Shown here: positions 49,358 to 62,464 of the stretch, one piece after another
Layout: each line of letters opens with the position of its first letter
Position numbering within the stretch: the stretch's first letter is position 1
Assembly: GCA_052327205.1 (NCBI GenBank)
Contig: CM126211.1
Location: 178,870,001 to 178,934,000, forward strand
DNA: 64,000 nucleotides
Origin: Somniosus microcephalus
Taxonomy: Eukaryota
Direction of reading: 5' to 3'
Notes under the pieces: generated by a model
Database searches by the model: none
What the model saw: only the letters and a program-made list of their open reading frames with translations
What the model was told of the DNA's origin: nothing
Translations under genes and position numbers: made by a program

Positions 49358-50139
49358 TTTATGTGGTGTAAATTGTGCCTCATTCAAAACTCGATGTCAG
49401 ATAAGTAGCTTGACAACACAGAGGCAGTGGAGAGGTCAAGACAGTGATGGAGAGGTAGAGCTGGTTCTCAGTCAGCGTACGTATGGAAGCTGAGCCCCAT
49501 GTCTTCTGATGATGCTGCAAAGGGGCAACATATAGATGCGAAAGAGGAGGGGGCCAAGGGTGGATCCTCAATAAAGTAGTCGAGCAGAATATTAACCATG
49601 ACTAATGTAGTTATAAGTGTTCATTCACATTTGTCTCAAGAGCACAAAGTCATACTGATGTTGAAAGGCTACAGCCTGTGTTTGGTGCACATGGTAGCCT
49701 ACAATAACTGTACTTATTGCACAGAAGCATACGCATCAATCTCTATTATATTCTGTTACAGAGAAGCAAACAATCCTCCTTTTAGTTCTCTCCTGCTAGA
49801 TTAGCAGCGTATTACAAATTGTCACTGAAAGTGACATGATGCCTCCTTACTGTGCTCGGGAGCAGAGGGCGGGGGAATTACTCACTAGATAGAATAAAAG
49901 TGTACCATTTACTGGTCCAATTTACAGTATTGCTACGATCATGATTGTAGGCTGCTATGTTGCTCCTTCTCTCTGAAAATAATATGGTGCCTCGACGCCG
50001 CTTCACTGAATTACTAGGCTGGCAGAAAGCACCATGGGCACTACTGAACTCTATTTTCCAAGCTTCACCAGATCTTATGAGAAAGACCACCAACAGAGTA
50101 TGAAATGCTTCATCATTATTCAAATACTGACAGTTTATT

Positions 50140-50562
50140 CATGGTGTGGTTCCGTGGGTAGCACTCTCACCTCTAGTGGCAGAATGGGTGTAGGCTCAAG
50201 TCCCACTCCAGACACTCGAGCACAAAATCTAGGCTGACACTCCAATGCAGTGCTGAGAAAGTGCTGCACTGTTGGAGGTGCCGTCTATTGGATGAGATGT
50301 TAAATCGAGGCCCCGTCTGCTCATTCAGGTGGATGTAAATGATTCTAGTCATTATGTATCCCTCAATCAACATAAGAAAAGCAGATTATCAGGTCATTAT
50401 CATATTGCTGTTTGTGGGAGTTTGCTGCGTGCAATTGGCTGCTGCGTTTCCTACATTACAACAGCGACTCCACTTCAAAAAAAATACTTTGTTGGCTGTA
50501 AAGCGCTTTGGGTCATCCTGAGGTTGTGAAATACGCTATAAATACAATTCTTTCTTTCTTTA
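50140..50562 (+). mobile_element. tRNA-derived Deu-domain SINE with L2-type tail (SacSINE1/AmnSINE-like)
   Basis: tRNA-like head with a B-box-like GGCTCAAGTCCCA; core GTGCTGCACTGTTGGAGGTGCCGTC..GATGAGATGTTAAA; tail AAAGCGCTTTGGG..GCTATAAATACAA(TTCT)n. Confidence 0.75.
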
Positions 50563-50660
50563 TAAAAGCTTTTAGATTCTCCGTAATAGCGTGGTTGAGT
50601 ACATCTAGTCCCATATCTCACAAGGGCTCCCTGAATCCAAGGTAAAGTGCTTGGCACTTT

Positions 50661-52734
50661 GGCTGCGATTTCCCCTACCTGGGCGGGTCCGTGGCGGACG
50701 AGATTGGTGGCAGGTCGTGGCCTCGCCGTTGGCTCCATCCTGGTCTCTGACATGACTTTCCCCTGATTGGGCTTGCTAAGCCCGCCTAGTGCGTTTCCCG
50801 GCCAATTGAAGGAAGCCAGTTTCTTTAAAGGGACCATGCGCAAATTTATGACTTTATATTGGTTAAATAGTTCTTGATAATGACAACAATGGGATAACCA
50901 TGAAAATATATCTCATTGGCAGGTCAGGACCTACATTAATAGCTTGATCAGAAATGAAGAAAAAGTAAGTGAACAAACATAAAGGGGGGAATTTTCTGGG
51001 GGGTAAGCGGGCAGGATCGGTGGTGGGTCAGGTGGGTAAGTGTTTTTTTTGACAGCGGTTTGGGACCGTGCTGTCAACCCACCGCTATGTGTCTTTACCA
51101 AATGTCGGGTCTGTCAGCGCTGAGCAGACCCGACAGGCAGCGGTGGGGAGGCAATTCAGGTCATTATGGCTTTGTAAACAGAGGATTCACAACAATTTTG
51201 AGCTCACCTTTAGAATTTACCAGCTCGCCAAAAGGGTCCACGCTGCTCGGGGATCACATCTGTTAAGCTCGGATGGAGTTGAATGGCCATGGAATCACCT
51301 CATTACTTGACAGCTTGAAATGTGCTATAAATGCTCCCATCTCACAGCTGTTTACTTTCCAAGCTCAGAAGCTGTTGTTTACTGCATTTGTAAGACAGAT
51401 TGAGCTTTATGTAGGTTGCAAGTGTTTGGAGCAAACTCTCTATCCAGTGTCACCTCATTGGAACAATCTCTCTCACCATTAACAGATTGCTTCTGTCATC
51501 TCAAGTTCACCTGCCATCAGCATGGGTATGGTTTATGCTGTCTCACCTTGGTCCTCAGAATCTAACCACGATCAGCCCCAACACCAGCAGCACCAGGCAC
51601 ACCAGCAGCACCAACAACACCACCAACCTTCTCTGCAATCAACTGATGCTGCACAAGACACAGGGCATCAGCATCTGACCACATTGCTGCCCAGGATGCC
51701 AGGGAGGGCCTCACCATGGCCACATTTACTTCACTTGATGCTGCACATCCTGGCTGCCACATGATGTGCCAGGTTGGCACCACTCCACACCAACAACATA
51801 AAACATCCCTACAATCCCCAAGCCATTCTTTTCACACTCATCAGCATTGCGGGGGGTACCGTTATGTCTCACCATTCACTGCAACTCACTAAGCCACTTC
51901 CAAAGGTGCACGCAAATCTGTCCAAGAATGCAAAGTGTTGAAAATAAAGATTTCAATATTTGACAGCACATTAGCAGAAATTTCACCTGGACATTCCCAT
52001 CTTGTGTGTTGTTCATTGGTATGATTGGACTATGATGAGGGTGCGTATGAGGAATGGCTAGTGAGATGGGGAAGTGATAATGTAGATAGAGAGGGATAGC
52101 TGGAGGTGCAAGGTAAGTTGGTGTGAGTAAGGACGTGCAGGAGTAGGGTAGGGATGGCAGAATGATGGGGATGCGATGACTGGTACAGCAGGATGAGGTT
52201 TGGTGTGACTTTGCAGTTATGTTTCGTGATCTACTGAGATCATTGAAAGGTTTGCGCCACTGAAGCCTGGTCCTCCTGACGACATCCCTGCTTGTGTCCT
52301 CCTGTGCAATGTGCAACCAGGCTGTGTTGGTCTCCTGGGGAGGTCTCTTCCGCTCATTGAAAGGGAAGAGAATCTCCCTGCATGCTGTGACTCCCTCCAT
52401 AAGCATATGGAGGGAGTCATGGGAGAGCCTGGGTACAGTCGTGCACCTCTGTGCAGTGCTTGTCAGTGTTTGCAGCACCTCAATGCTGCAGAACACTGAC
52501 TGCACAAATGTCAAAGTAAATTTGCGCATGGTCCCTTTAAGAAACCCGGCTGATGACGGAAATGACATCATCAGACCCGCTTCCTGCAATTGACCGGGAA
52601 ACTCGCTGGGCGGGCTTAAAAAGCCCAGTCAAGGGAAAGTCATGTCAGAGGCCGGGATGGAGCAAGCAGCGGGGCCAAGATTCACCACCGACTTTGCCCA
52701 CCTTGAACCCACCGAGATAGGGAAAATCGCAGCC
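50661..52734 (-). mobile_element. Harbinger-type element with Myb/SANT remnant, no transposase
   Basis: TIRs GGCTGCGATTTCCC / GGAAAATCGCAGCC; flanks TTT/TTA; minus strand PRLSHDSLHMLMEGV..LFP..RKRPPQETNTAWLHIA..QWRKPFNDL at ~52200-52450. Confidence 0.75.
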
Positions 52735-52869
52735 TTAGTGTCATCTGCAAACTTGGATATACAACTCTGTATTCCTTCATCCAAGTCATTAATAAATATG
52801 GTGAAAAGTGGAGGTCGCGATACAGATCCCTCCTCTTAGATAACATTAAAAATACGATAAATTGCTACG

Positions 52870-55800
52870 ATGCCTAAACATGGGAACATTAATGCCTTCG
52901 ACAGTGATATAGAAGACTGGGCTATGTATGTAGAACGCATACAAAACTATTGTAAGGCAAATAAAATTCCTGAGACAGATAAAGCACTAACATTACTAAA
53001 CTTAATGGGTGCGAAGACATACGGGCAATTGAAACACCTGTTATCACCAGATGAACCGGCGGATAAGACATTCGAACAGATTGTTACTGTCCTAAAAAAT
53101 CATCTTAGCCCCACGCCGCTGATGCTAGCGGAACAATTTAAATTTTACGATAGAAGACAGCGGCAAAATGAAAGCAATGCTGAATATTTGATGGAATTAC
53201 GTAAGCTAGCAAAATATTGTCAGTTTGGAACGGGACTGACAGAGGCACTTTGAGATAGATTTGTGTGTGGTTTATTTAAACAGAATACACAAAGGCGACT
53301 GCTCGAGGAGAATGAGCTGTCTCTTGAGAAGGTGGTCACTATGGCAGCAGCACACGAGGCCGCAGCGAGAGGCACGGCAGTAATGCAGCTACGGCCACCG
53401 GAACTCGGTACGAACAAATTGGGTTTGAGTTCTGTCAAATGTTATCGTTGTGGAAAGACAACGCACGATCAGAACCAGTGTTGGTTTAAAAACCAAGAAT
53501 GCAGAACGTGTGGCAGGTTTGGCCACATAGCTAAAGTATGCCGGTCAGGAAAGAAGACCAGCAATAAAAAGTCACCGCAAGGAAAATATGCAAAGGTACA
53601 CAAGGTGACAAAGAACAGTTTGACTGAACAGAAGTCAGATTCAGACGCTAGCAGTAATGAACTGGATAGCTTAAGAATACACAATGTTGGTAAGGATACA
53701 GACCTCCCGACAATTTGGGTCACTCTTAAGATAGCAGGAGTCCAAGTAAAAATGGAATTGGACACTGGATCGGCATTGACGGTCATGAATAAGAAAGATT
53801 ACAGAAGGTTATTCCAACATATTCCCTTACAGGATACGGAGATTATATTGAAAACGTACACGGGGCAAAGAGTGTACCCCATCGGAAAAATAGAGGTAGA
53901 AGTGGTCCACAAGGGCGAAGGAAGCCAAGTAATGGACTTATATGTGCTACCTGAAGGAGGTCCACCACTACTAGGACGGGAGTGGATTAGGAAAATGAAT
54001 ATGGAATGGCACTCCTTGAAAGCACTAACGGTAGATTCCGGGGAAACAGCTGTCAAACCTAAACGATTGTCCAGAATATTGGATGAGGCTAAAGAGGTGT
54101 TCCAGCCAGGACTGGGAACACTGAGAGGAATTACGGCAAACATCAAGATTGATGAACATGCACAACCAAAATGTTTTAAAGCCAGACCGGTACCCTATGC
54201 AATACGACCTGCGGTTGAAGCGGAGCTGGAAGCACTAGAACGTTCAGGGGTACTGTCTAAAGTAGATTGGAGTGAGTGGGCTACGCCCATTGTTCCCGTT
54301 ATGAAACGTCCTGCGAACAATAAGCCAGGAGATCCAGGGAAGGTTCGCATCTGTGGAGATTTCAAGATCACCGTTAATCCGGTGCTTCACACGGTGCAGT
54401 ATCCGCTTCCACGGATTGAGGATATTTTCGCTTCACTGTCTGGCGGGAAACACTTCACCAAGATAGACCTGGCGCAGGCGTACTTGCAGATGGAGGTTGA
54501 AGAAGAGTCACGCCAATACCTCACGATCAACACGCATCGAGGGTTGTACCGGTACAATAGGCTGGTTTTTGGTGTGGCATCGGCTCCAGCAATTTGGCAG
54601 AGGGCCATGGAGCAGGTATTACAGGGAATTCCAGGCACACAATGTTACCTGGATGACATTCTGATCACAGGTGATGGTGATGAACAGCATCTCGCTAACT
54701 TGGAACTGGTGCTCAACAGACTGAAAGAGTATGGACTTAGGGTAAATCGGCAGAAATGTGAGTTCTTCCAGAAGCGGATCTCGTACTGTGGTCATGTCAT
54801 TGACCGGGAGGGGCTTCATAAGTCTCCTGACAAGATAGCGGCAGTTGTAAAGGCTCCCGCTCCGGAGAATGTCTCTCAGTTGAGGTCGTTTCTAGGATTA
54901 ATTAACTACTACCATAAATTTCTGCCAAATCTATCCACGGTGCTGCATCCGTTGAACGCTCTTTTACAGAAAGGGGTACCATGGGACTGGGGCGAAAACT
55001 GTAAGAAGGCATTTCGCAAAAGCAAAGAATTGATCACCTCAGAGGAAGTGTTGGCTCACTTCAACCCGACACTGCCTATTCGGTTGGCTTGTGATGCTTC
55101 TCCATATGGTATTGGGGCAGTACTCTCACATAAATTGCCAAATGGCACGGAAAGGCCAGTCGTGTTTGCATCCAGATCATTGACCTCCGCTGAGCGCAAC
55201 TATGCGCAGATCGATAGGGAGGCCCTTAGCCTTGTATGGGGAGTGAAGAAGTTTAATCATTACCTACAGGGCCAAAAATTCACACTTCTGACGGACCATC
55301 AACCGTTGGTGTCCATTTTTAACCCTAAGAAGGGTGTTTCGGTGATGACAGCACAGCGTCTCCAGAGATGGTCTCTTTTCTTAGGGGCACATCAATATCA
55401 GATAGAATTCAAAGGTACGAAACAGCATGGCAATGCTGATGGCCTGTCGCGCCTGCCACTACCTGAAGATGAAGACACGACGGAAGTTGACCCTGTTGAG
55501 TTATTTCATTCGACCATTATCGAGTGTTTACCTGTCACCAACGCAAGTATTGAAAGAGAAACCAGGAACAACCCGACACTGTCCAGAGTCTACGAGGTGA
55601 CAGTGAAAGGATGGCCAACACGGGGTGATCCTCTGTTACCGGCATTCTCGGCAAGGTGAGACCAGCTGTCCGTCTGCCATGGTACTTTGATGTACGGGAC
55701 AAGAGTGATTATTCCTCCCAAGTTAAGGGAAAGAGTTTTAAAAGAACTACATGAAGGTCATCTGGGGGGAGTTAAAATGAAAAGTCTTGCTAGGGCTTAC

Positions 55801-56826
55801 GTATGGTGGCCGGGTATTGACCAACAGATTGAGGAGTTAACGAAAAGCTGCGCTGGGTGTCAAAAAGTGCAAAATGCACCTCCGATAGCACCGCTACACC
55901 CATGGGAATGGCCTTCAGCCCCATGGCAACGCGTACACATTGACTTTGCTGGTCCATTCATGGACTCCATGTTCCTAATCGCGGTGGACGCACATTCCAA
56001 ATGGCCAGAAGTCATCAAGATGAATACCACTACTTCAGAAAAGACAATTGCGGTGTTAAGAACAATATTCGCAAGGAACGGATTGCCAGAACAGATCTGT
56101 TCGGACAACGGACCACAGTTTGTATCGGAAGAATTCCAACAATTCTTAAAGAAGAATGGAGTTAAACATTATACCTCTGCCCCATATCATCCGGCGACAA
56201 ACGGGTTGGCTGAAAGATTTGTCCAGACATTCAAAAAGGCTATTAAGGCCATGAATGATGATCAGATTCCGCTGCAACACCAGGTCGATAAGTTCCTGAT
56301 GTCATATAGAAACGCCGATCATGCCGTGACTAACCAAAGTCCTGCTATGATGTTTTATAACAGGAGGTTGCAGTCCAAGTTGGACTTGTTAAAACCAAAT
56401 GTGTGGAGGGAAGTGGAAAACAAACAGTTTCGGCATATTAACAGCAAGACCACTCGAACTTTCGACGTAGGACAACCAGTGATGGCAAGGGGCTATGGAA
56501 ATGACAAATGGCAGTCCGGAACAATTCGGGCCAGACAAGGACCTCTGATGTACACCGTAGATATTGGTCATAATGTGATAAGGCGTCATGCGGATCAACT
56601 GGTAGAGTCGAGAGCAAGGGTCGAACCCATGGTTGTGACAGAGACAGCTGTGGAAGACGTTCATGAACCTGAAGCATCTACCTCGGCTGAGAATGTATTT
56701 GATGATGATGACACCCAATACATTGGCAACCAACTAGAGGAGGCACCTCAACAACCAGAATCAGAGACCACTGAAAGGCGTTATCCAAGCCGAATCAGAA
56801 AGCCTCCTGAGAGACTGAACCTTTGA
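52870..56826 (+). pseudogene. Gypsy Gag-Pol (two CCHC knuckles, protease, RT, RNase H, integrase) with two in-frame TGA stops
   Basis: CYRCGKTTHDQNQC and CRTCGRFGHIAKVC; MELDTGS; YLDDILI; ACDAS; HEGH..CAGC; HIDFAGP..SDNGPQF..NGLAERF. All in one frame, with stops at 53251 and 55657. Confidence 0.93.
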
Positions 56827-56906
56827 ACTGTTATACCTGAAGTTATATATGTATATATGTTATATGTTTATTTGGGGATATGACTGTTAAGCTAAAAAGG
56901 GAGGAT

Positions 56907-57126
56907 TGTGGTGTATGTAACCTGTTCCACCTTAAGAGAACTTAAGCCTGGTCCACCTTAAGAAAGGTACTACTTTCTTTGGCTGCTGTATACGTAATAC
57001 CGGTGGTGACCACACCGGTATATAAGCACAGTGTAATAATATTGTATTCAGTATAGTCCGACCTCCAACCAGTAAAGACCTGTTGAATTTACTCTTGTGG
57101 TCTGTGTAGTAATTCTCACTATAACA
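56907..57126 (+). repeat. Gypsy 3' LTR
   Basis: TGTGGTG..CACTATAACA after the PPT; TATA-like GTATATAAG near 57018 and an AGTAAA poly(A)-like signal. Confidence 0.75.
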
Positions 57127-57899
57127 CACAGACTTAACAATTAGATTAATATTTTTGTATATTTGTTATCCAAAACTTTTAATTTTATTATAAAGATATC
57201 ATTGTATCGAGAAACTTGTCTTACTGATCATTTCCTATTATTGCTCATAAGGATAAAGCATCTTCTTGAAGTGTGCTATTTAAAACATTGTATGCTGAAA
57301 AGTAATTGTTACAGTGGCCTAATATATAACTCCATGCATCATAAAAAGGTAGCAAGCTTACTTTATCATTTAAGGTTGTTGGTGGAAATGTGTTTTGACA
57401 AAAGGACTAACAGAAGTGCCATTTCTCTATTTTCCGGCTTCAGCTCCCGAGTGGACAGTTTTATTGTTGGTATAGTGGGTTCATTTAGGAAGTGATATTT
57501 AATTATGTATTTGTTGAGTTCTGACCACAGATGCTTTGATAGACGTGCATTGTCTATTCATTCTGTTCGTCGGTATAAATAACAGGTTTTAACAGCATAT
57601 AAATCAAATGTTAAGACTTGGACATCCATTCTTGCATTATTGCTCAGCTTGTTCCTCAATTTAAGTTATTGTATATTATTTTACTTATATGACATGCCCA
57701 TGCAATAATGCAAAAAAAAACCCTGGGTGATAATTCACTGCACAACAGCCACACCGTTCATGATTGGTTCGAGCCTGAGCACTGCGGCCAGTGACGGGAC
57801 AGGACACCAAGGGTATCACGTTGGGCAAAACATCTTCTGGTATAAAGCATGGTGCCCCAGCAGACGATGATGCACGCATGGTTTTAAATGTTTCCAAGT

Positions 57900-58365
57900 G
57901 GCTGGATCTGCATCCTATTTCCCGCTTCATCTTCTGATAATGAGGCGGGCCATTGCGTGAACCGCATCCTCTTGTATTGAATTGTTACAGTCGGGCGCGC
58001 TGCTAACCGTGGAGATCCCTTTAATACATGCACTGTCTGTCTGGCTGGTGGCTGTCTCTGCTTGACTCTTGTTGCTGTGAATGACGTCGGTGCAGTGATT
58101 CAGCTGCTCCCCTTCACACATCCAGCGGATTCACTGCCAGCTCAGTCAGCGATGTACCGCACCGGCGAGGCTGGGGCAGCAGCGGCGGCGGCCACAGCAA
58201 CATCTGGGCACGCACAAAGGCTTTGAGCCGGTGTTTTAACAACCGGGGACTGTCTCGTCCTACGGCCGGGGCTGAGACTTTGAGGAGAGGAGGGACAAGA
58301 AAAAATGCAAGGGGAGATGGTGCAGCAATAAGGAGCACATGGGGTCTTTGCATCAAACAGGCGAG
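57900..58365 (+). promoter_or_regulatory. GPR12: GPR12 promoter and probable non-coding exon 1
   Basis: CpG-enriched segment; CRE-like TGACGTC at ~58082; splice donor GAG|GTAACC at 58365/58366 pairs with acceptor CTCTTTGCCAG at 58651. The TSS cannot be determined. Confidence 0.55.
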
Positions 58366-58673
58366 GTAACCTGCAGAATGGTTTTAACGTGTTTGTCATT
58401 AATATTTGTGCATTTCTTTTGTAATTGAAATGTTCATATTTCGATGGCACGATTCAGTGAACCATTGTAATAGTTCTAAATATATCTCATTGCAAGTAAT
58501 TGTTGAGGAATGTATATATATCGATGCAATAATATGATCAATGTACATCTAGAGGGCATTTACTGTTGATAGTCACAGAAGGAGGTTCATTTTATTTCAT
58601 GTAAATGGTGGGTATTTGCAGTAACCAAGAATGTATACCTCTCTTTGCCAGCGTTAGGGCAAAAGAAAAGATA

Positions 58674-59657
58674 ATGAACGAAGACTTCCAAAATACATCT
58701 GGTGAATATGGTCGCTGGGTGGCTCAGCCTGCCGAGAATACCTCTGCAGCGGTTGCCTCTGTGGTCCCGTTCGCGGAGAGCGTGAATCCTTGGGACATCG
58801 TCCTGTGCACCTCGGGTACGGTCATCTCCTGCGAAAACGCCGTGGTGGTGGTGACCATATTCCACAGCCCCAGCCTCCGAGCGCCCATGTTCGTGCTGAT
58901 TGGGAGCCTGGCCGTGGCCGACCTGCTGGCGGGCGTCGGGCTGATCGCCAACTTCGCCTTCGGCTACCTGCTGCAATCGGAAGCCGCCAAGCTGGTCACC
59001 GTGGGGCTGGTGGTCGCTTCCTTCTCCGCCTCCATCTGCAGCCTGATGGCCATCACCATAGATCGCTACCTCTCCCTGTATTACGCCTTGACTTACAACT
59101 CGGAAAGGACGGTCACTTTTACCTACATCATGCTGATCGTGCTCTGGGGGGTGTCCACCTGCTTGGGCTTTTTACCTGTCCTGGGCTGGAACTGTCTGAA
59201 GGACGAGTCCACGTGTAGCGTCATCAAACCCCTCACGAAAAACAACGTGGCCGTGCTCTCGGTGTCCTTCCTGCTGATGTTTGCAATGATGCTGCAGCTC
59301 TACATCCAGATCTGTAAGATTGTGATGAGACACGCCCATCAGATCGCCCTACAGCACCATTTCCTGGCCACGTCCCATTACGTGACCACCAGGAAAGGGG
59401 TCTCCACCTTAGCCATCATACTAGGCACCTTCGCTGCCTGCTGGATGCCTTTCACCGTTTACTGCTTGATAGCGGACTACACCTACCCATCCATCTATAC
59501 CTACGCCACCCTGCTACCAGCCACCTACAACTCCATCATTAACCCTGTCATCTACGCCTTTCGAAACCAGGAGATCCAGAAGGCGCTCTGGCTTATATGT
59601 TGCGGGTGTATCCCTCCCAACATCTTATTACGAGCACGGTCCCCTAGCGACGTATAA
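58674..59657 (+). CDS. GPR12: G protein-coupled receptor 12 (GPR3/6/12 family), 327 aa
   Basis: Intact 7TM ORF: MNED start, NPWDIVLCTSG, DRY, CWMP, NPVIY, C-terminal RSPSDV. Closely follows the mammalian GPR12 sequence (e.g. ADYTYPSIYTYATLLPATYNS). Confidence 0.95.
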   Translation: MNEDFQNTSGEYGRWVAQPAENTSAAVASVVPFAESVNPWDIVLCTSGTVISCENAVVVVTIFHSPSLRAPMFVLIGSLAVADLLAGVGLIANFAFGYLLQSEAAKLVTVGLVVASFSASICSLMAITIDRYLSLYYALTYNSERTVTFTYIMLIVLWGVSTCLGFLPVLGWNCLKDESTCSVIKPLTKNNVAVLSVSFLLMFAMMLQLYIQICKIVMRHAHQIALQHHFLATSHYVTTRKGVSTLAIILGTFAACWMPFTVYCLIADYTYPSIYTYATLLPATYNSIINPVIYAFRNQEIQKALWLICCGCIPPNILLRARSPSDV

Positions 59658-61382
59658 TGAATTGCCGAAAGAGGCCAGTTTAAAAAAAAAACCAACAGTA
59701 CGTTTCTCAGGCAATTCCCCACAGCTGTCGATGCACCGTGATTTATTTCACTTCAATGCTTCTTGCGATTTTTATCTTCAGGTCAATCCTCTGCGGCCCG
59801 GGGAATGTTTTTTCTCCTCACTGGAGCTGGAATGAGATCGCTGAACTCAAAGCAGTGTTACAAAAAGAATGTGCTGGCTGGGAGGGTTCGTTTTTTTCTT
59901 CGAATGTCATTTCCCATGCAATATTTAGCTTTAAAAAATACGAAGATTAACAAAAAGGTTACTGTGGTTAACGTTTCTATGTTACTGGTGTGTTATGTAT
60001 AAATATTACATTTTTATAGGGGGGATGATTAGTATTTTAAATTACTTGGAGACGCTTCCCTCCATCAGTAAACTATGAACCTATTTAATTTATGCCATTT
60101 TCCATACATGCCGTAATAAAGCACCACATATATTCACCAGGATTTTCAACACCTTGATGTTTGAGTGTGAAAGGTTTTAATGTATTAACAATATATAGTT
60201 GGTTCCCTAGATTATGTATTATACTTTCAATAAACAAATGTTAGAAAGACAAAGTACCATTATCAATAAGCTCGAACATTTAAGTATGTGTTAGTCTCTT
60301 AGTAGTTTCAATATACGAACAGCATAACACATTACTTGAGGTATTAAACTGGTTGACTTTGGCTTTGTTTTCCTATTCCTTTAGCTGTAGTTTTGAGAAA
60401 TTTACTGTTAGAACCAATAACTGAATTTGTGTGTGGGGAGAGAGAAGCACGTTTTAAAAACAATGAATCCTGATAGGCCTCCTTATTACCCATATTCTAT
60501 ATACTGTGATAGACTCCATGCACATTCTCACTAAATAAATTATGCTTGTTAAAACCCTGAGCATTAGGCACTGTGGTTTGACACTAACAACTAATTTGTG
60601 CCCTAGACAGTAGCCATTGCATATTAAAAATAATTTTTAAAAACTTAAAGGCATTGAGAAAATTAAACTGTCTCCTGCTTGCATTTGAACATATTTTCCA
60701 TTCTAACCTTGAATTAACAAAATTACACGGGAATTCTGATCCCCTCTAGATTGCATCAAAAAAATTCCTAAAATAATCTAGTCAGTAAAAGGGACCACAC
60801 ATAACATAATAAAATATTATTTAAAACCACAAAAATGATTTGTTATTAAGTCACTTTGTTGCACTTTACTTTATTTTACTGGTGGTGATGATTTCTTACA
60901 GGTACTAGGTCATTGCCACTTCACAATCGTCATTTACATCCCTGCAATATAGTTTTTCCACCCTTGAACAACTGACAATTGGCAGCAACAATCTAAAATG
61001 ATAGATATCACTGGTAAATTACTTTTTATAGTAAGCAAAGTAATGTAGTGCAAGGTTGTAAGTAGTGTTTGTAAGTACAGAAAATACTTAAATCTAGCCT
61101 GACATCTAATGTCACAGGTGAGAGGAGGGTAGCTGTTGTCTGTTTATAGCTGTGAAAATGCAACTGAACAATAAATGTAAGAGCACCATGTTATGTGGAA
61201 ATGTGTTCTTTTATATATTAATAGTGAAATGCACTTTATTTTAGCAAAAATGGCACAATCATGTCGTATAGAAAAGGAAACAGCACTGATTCTCCTTTCA
61301 TTCTCCTTTTATCATTTGGATGAAAGTAATTTTCATTGTAAATTGTTATTAATTTTGTATACATAAAATGTGATGAAATAAA
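59658..61382 (+). other. GPR12: Probable AU-rich GPR12 3' UTR with several AATAAA signals
   Basis: Repeat-free AT-rich region; AATAAA near 60115, 60228, 61170 and 61377. The signal actually used is unknown. Confidence 0.45.
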
Positions 61383-61714
61383 GTCATTTCTTAAAGAATT
61401 TTGTTGCATTTACTGTGTGGGATACAGTTGAGACAAGTAGAACTCCAATGTGCTGTGTCACCGAATGCAGCCTTGCCTGTCTCATCCACACCCTGAGAAC
61501 AAATTAACAAAATTATTCTTCGAAGAATTTCACTTCTGGGAGTACACTGAATTTTACTGAAAGCTCTTTTAGTATTATTTTGCTTCCAATTATTTTCAAT
61601 TTAATTCTTGTCAGCATGGTTTTCTTAATTTCTTTTGTGATTTTGTGCTTATAAAGGTGAAGAATGTTAGTACTGGGGAATGAAACACATTCCTTTTTGG
61701 ACAATCAATGTTAC

Positions 61715-61870
61715 CGTCAAGCACTTTCAGGCAGGTAGAGTATGGATTGATTCAGAGCAAATCTCCCTCTACTCTCCACCAACAAAGTATCTGAACCCCA
61801 AATGCAGAACAGTACTCTCTGCTGCACCAGTGTGACATTGTTCCATATGCTGGACTGCTATACTGCAGCC
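61715..61870 (-). mobile_element. Ancient Deu-SINE (AmnSINE1-like) fragment
   Basis: CAGGTAGAGTATGGATTGATTCAGAGCAAATCTCCCTCTAC..CTGCACCAGTGTGACATT resembles the Deu core on the minus strand. Confidence 0.45.
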
Positions 61871-62464
61871 TCTCCAAGTGAGACTGCCAATTCATTGTGG
61901 ATTATTGCCAAATCAGTGGCAGTTCTGTGCAATGAAGCCATACTCAATAGAACCTGGATCGAGACTGTCCAAATTCAATTCACTAAGTTTTCATCTAATG
62001 TCCCTTATTTGTTTATTGTCAATTTACTTACTTGTGCAGAATGTTCATACATTATATGGTTTATTAGTAGTTTTTGTCATCCCATCAGAAGTGAGTGTCT
62101 GCTTCAGTGAGCCACATCAAAAATTCCATAAAGCAGCTATAGTGATCACTGAAGAAAAGTGACTGACTAATGCTGTCTTTATACTGCACATTGGATTTTT
62201 GCCATGCTGGTGCCAAAAGTACAGTATAGTATAAAGCTACCATTGCCAGTTAGGATCAGTGCAAACAGGCGGCAATTTTGTTTCACTATCATCACTATAA
62301 ATATTCCACAAAAGTTTCATATTTGGTTAAGTATTTTAGATTTTCGCCACTTAGTGTATTAAAAAATACTTTTCTTATCAATGAAAAGAGCTGATTGTTT
62401 TATCAGGTCATCATCAGTAAAAAAATCCTCACTAGTATTCAGAGAATAGAAAGCAATGCCCCAG

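Larger units (their letters stand above)
52840..57126 (+). mobile_element. Ty3/Gypsy LTR retrotransposon (no env), 5' LTR missing
   Basis: Single-frame gag-pol, PPT AAAAAGGGAGGAT, 220-bp TG..CA 3' LTR; upstream of gag there is only a CR1 scrap, with no second LTR or PBS. Confidence 0.92.

Noticed and set aside
52840-52845. ATAACA as the remnant end of the Gypsy 5' LTR
   Set aside because: Only a 6-nt match, and no PBS follows; may be chance.
58605-58673. 23-aa N-terminal extension of GPR12 in the ORF track
   Set aside because: The upstream ATG lies within the predicted intron before the acceptor at 58651; orthologues begin at MNED.
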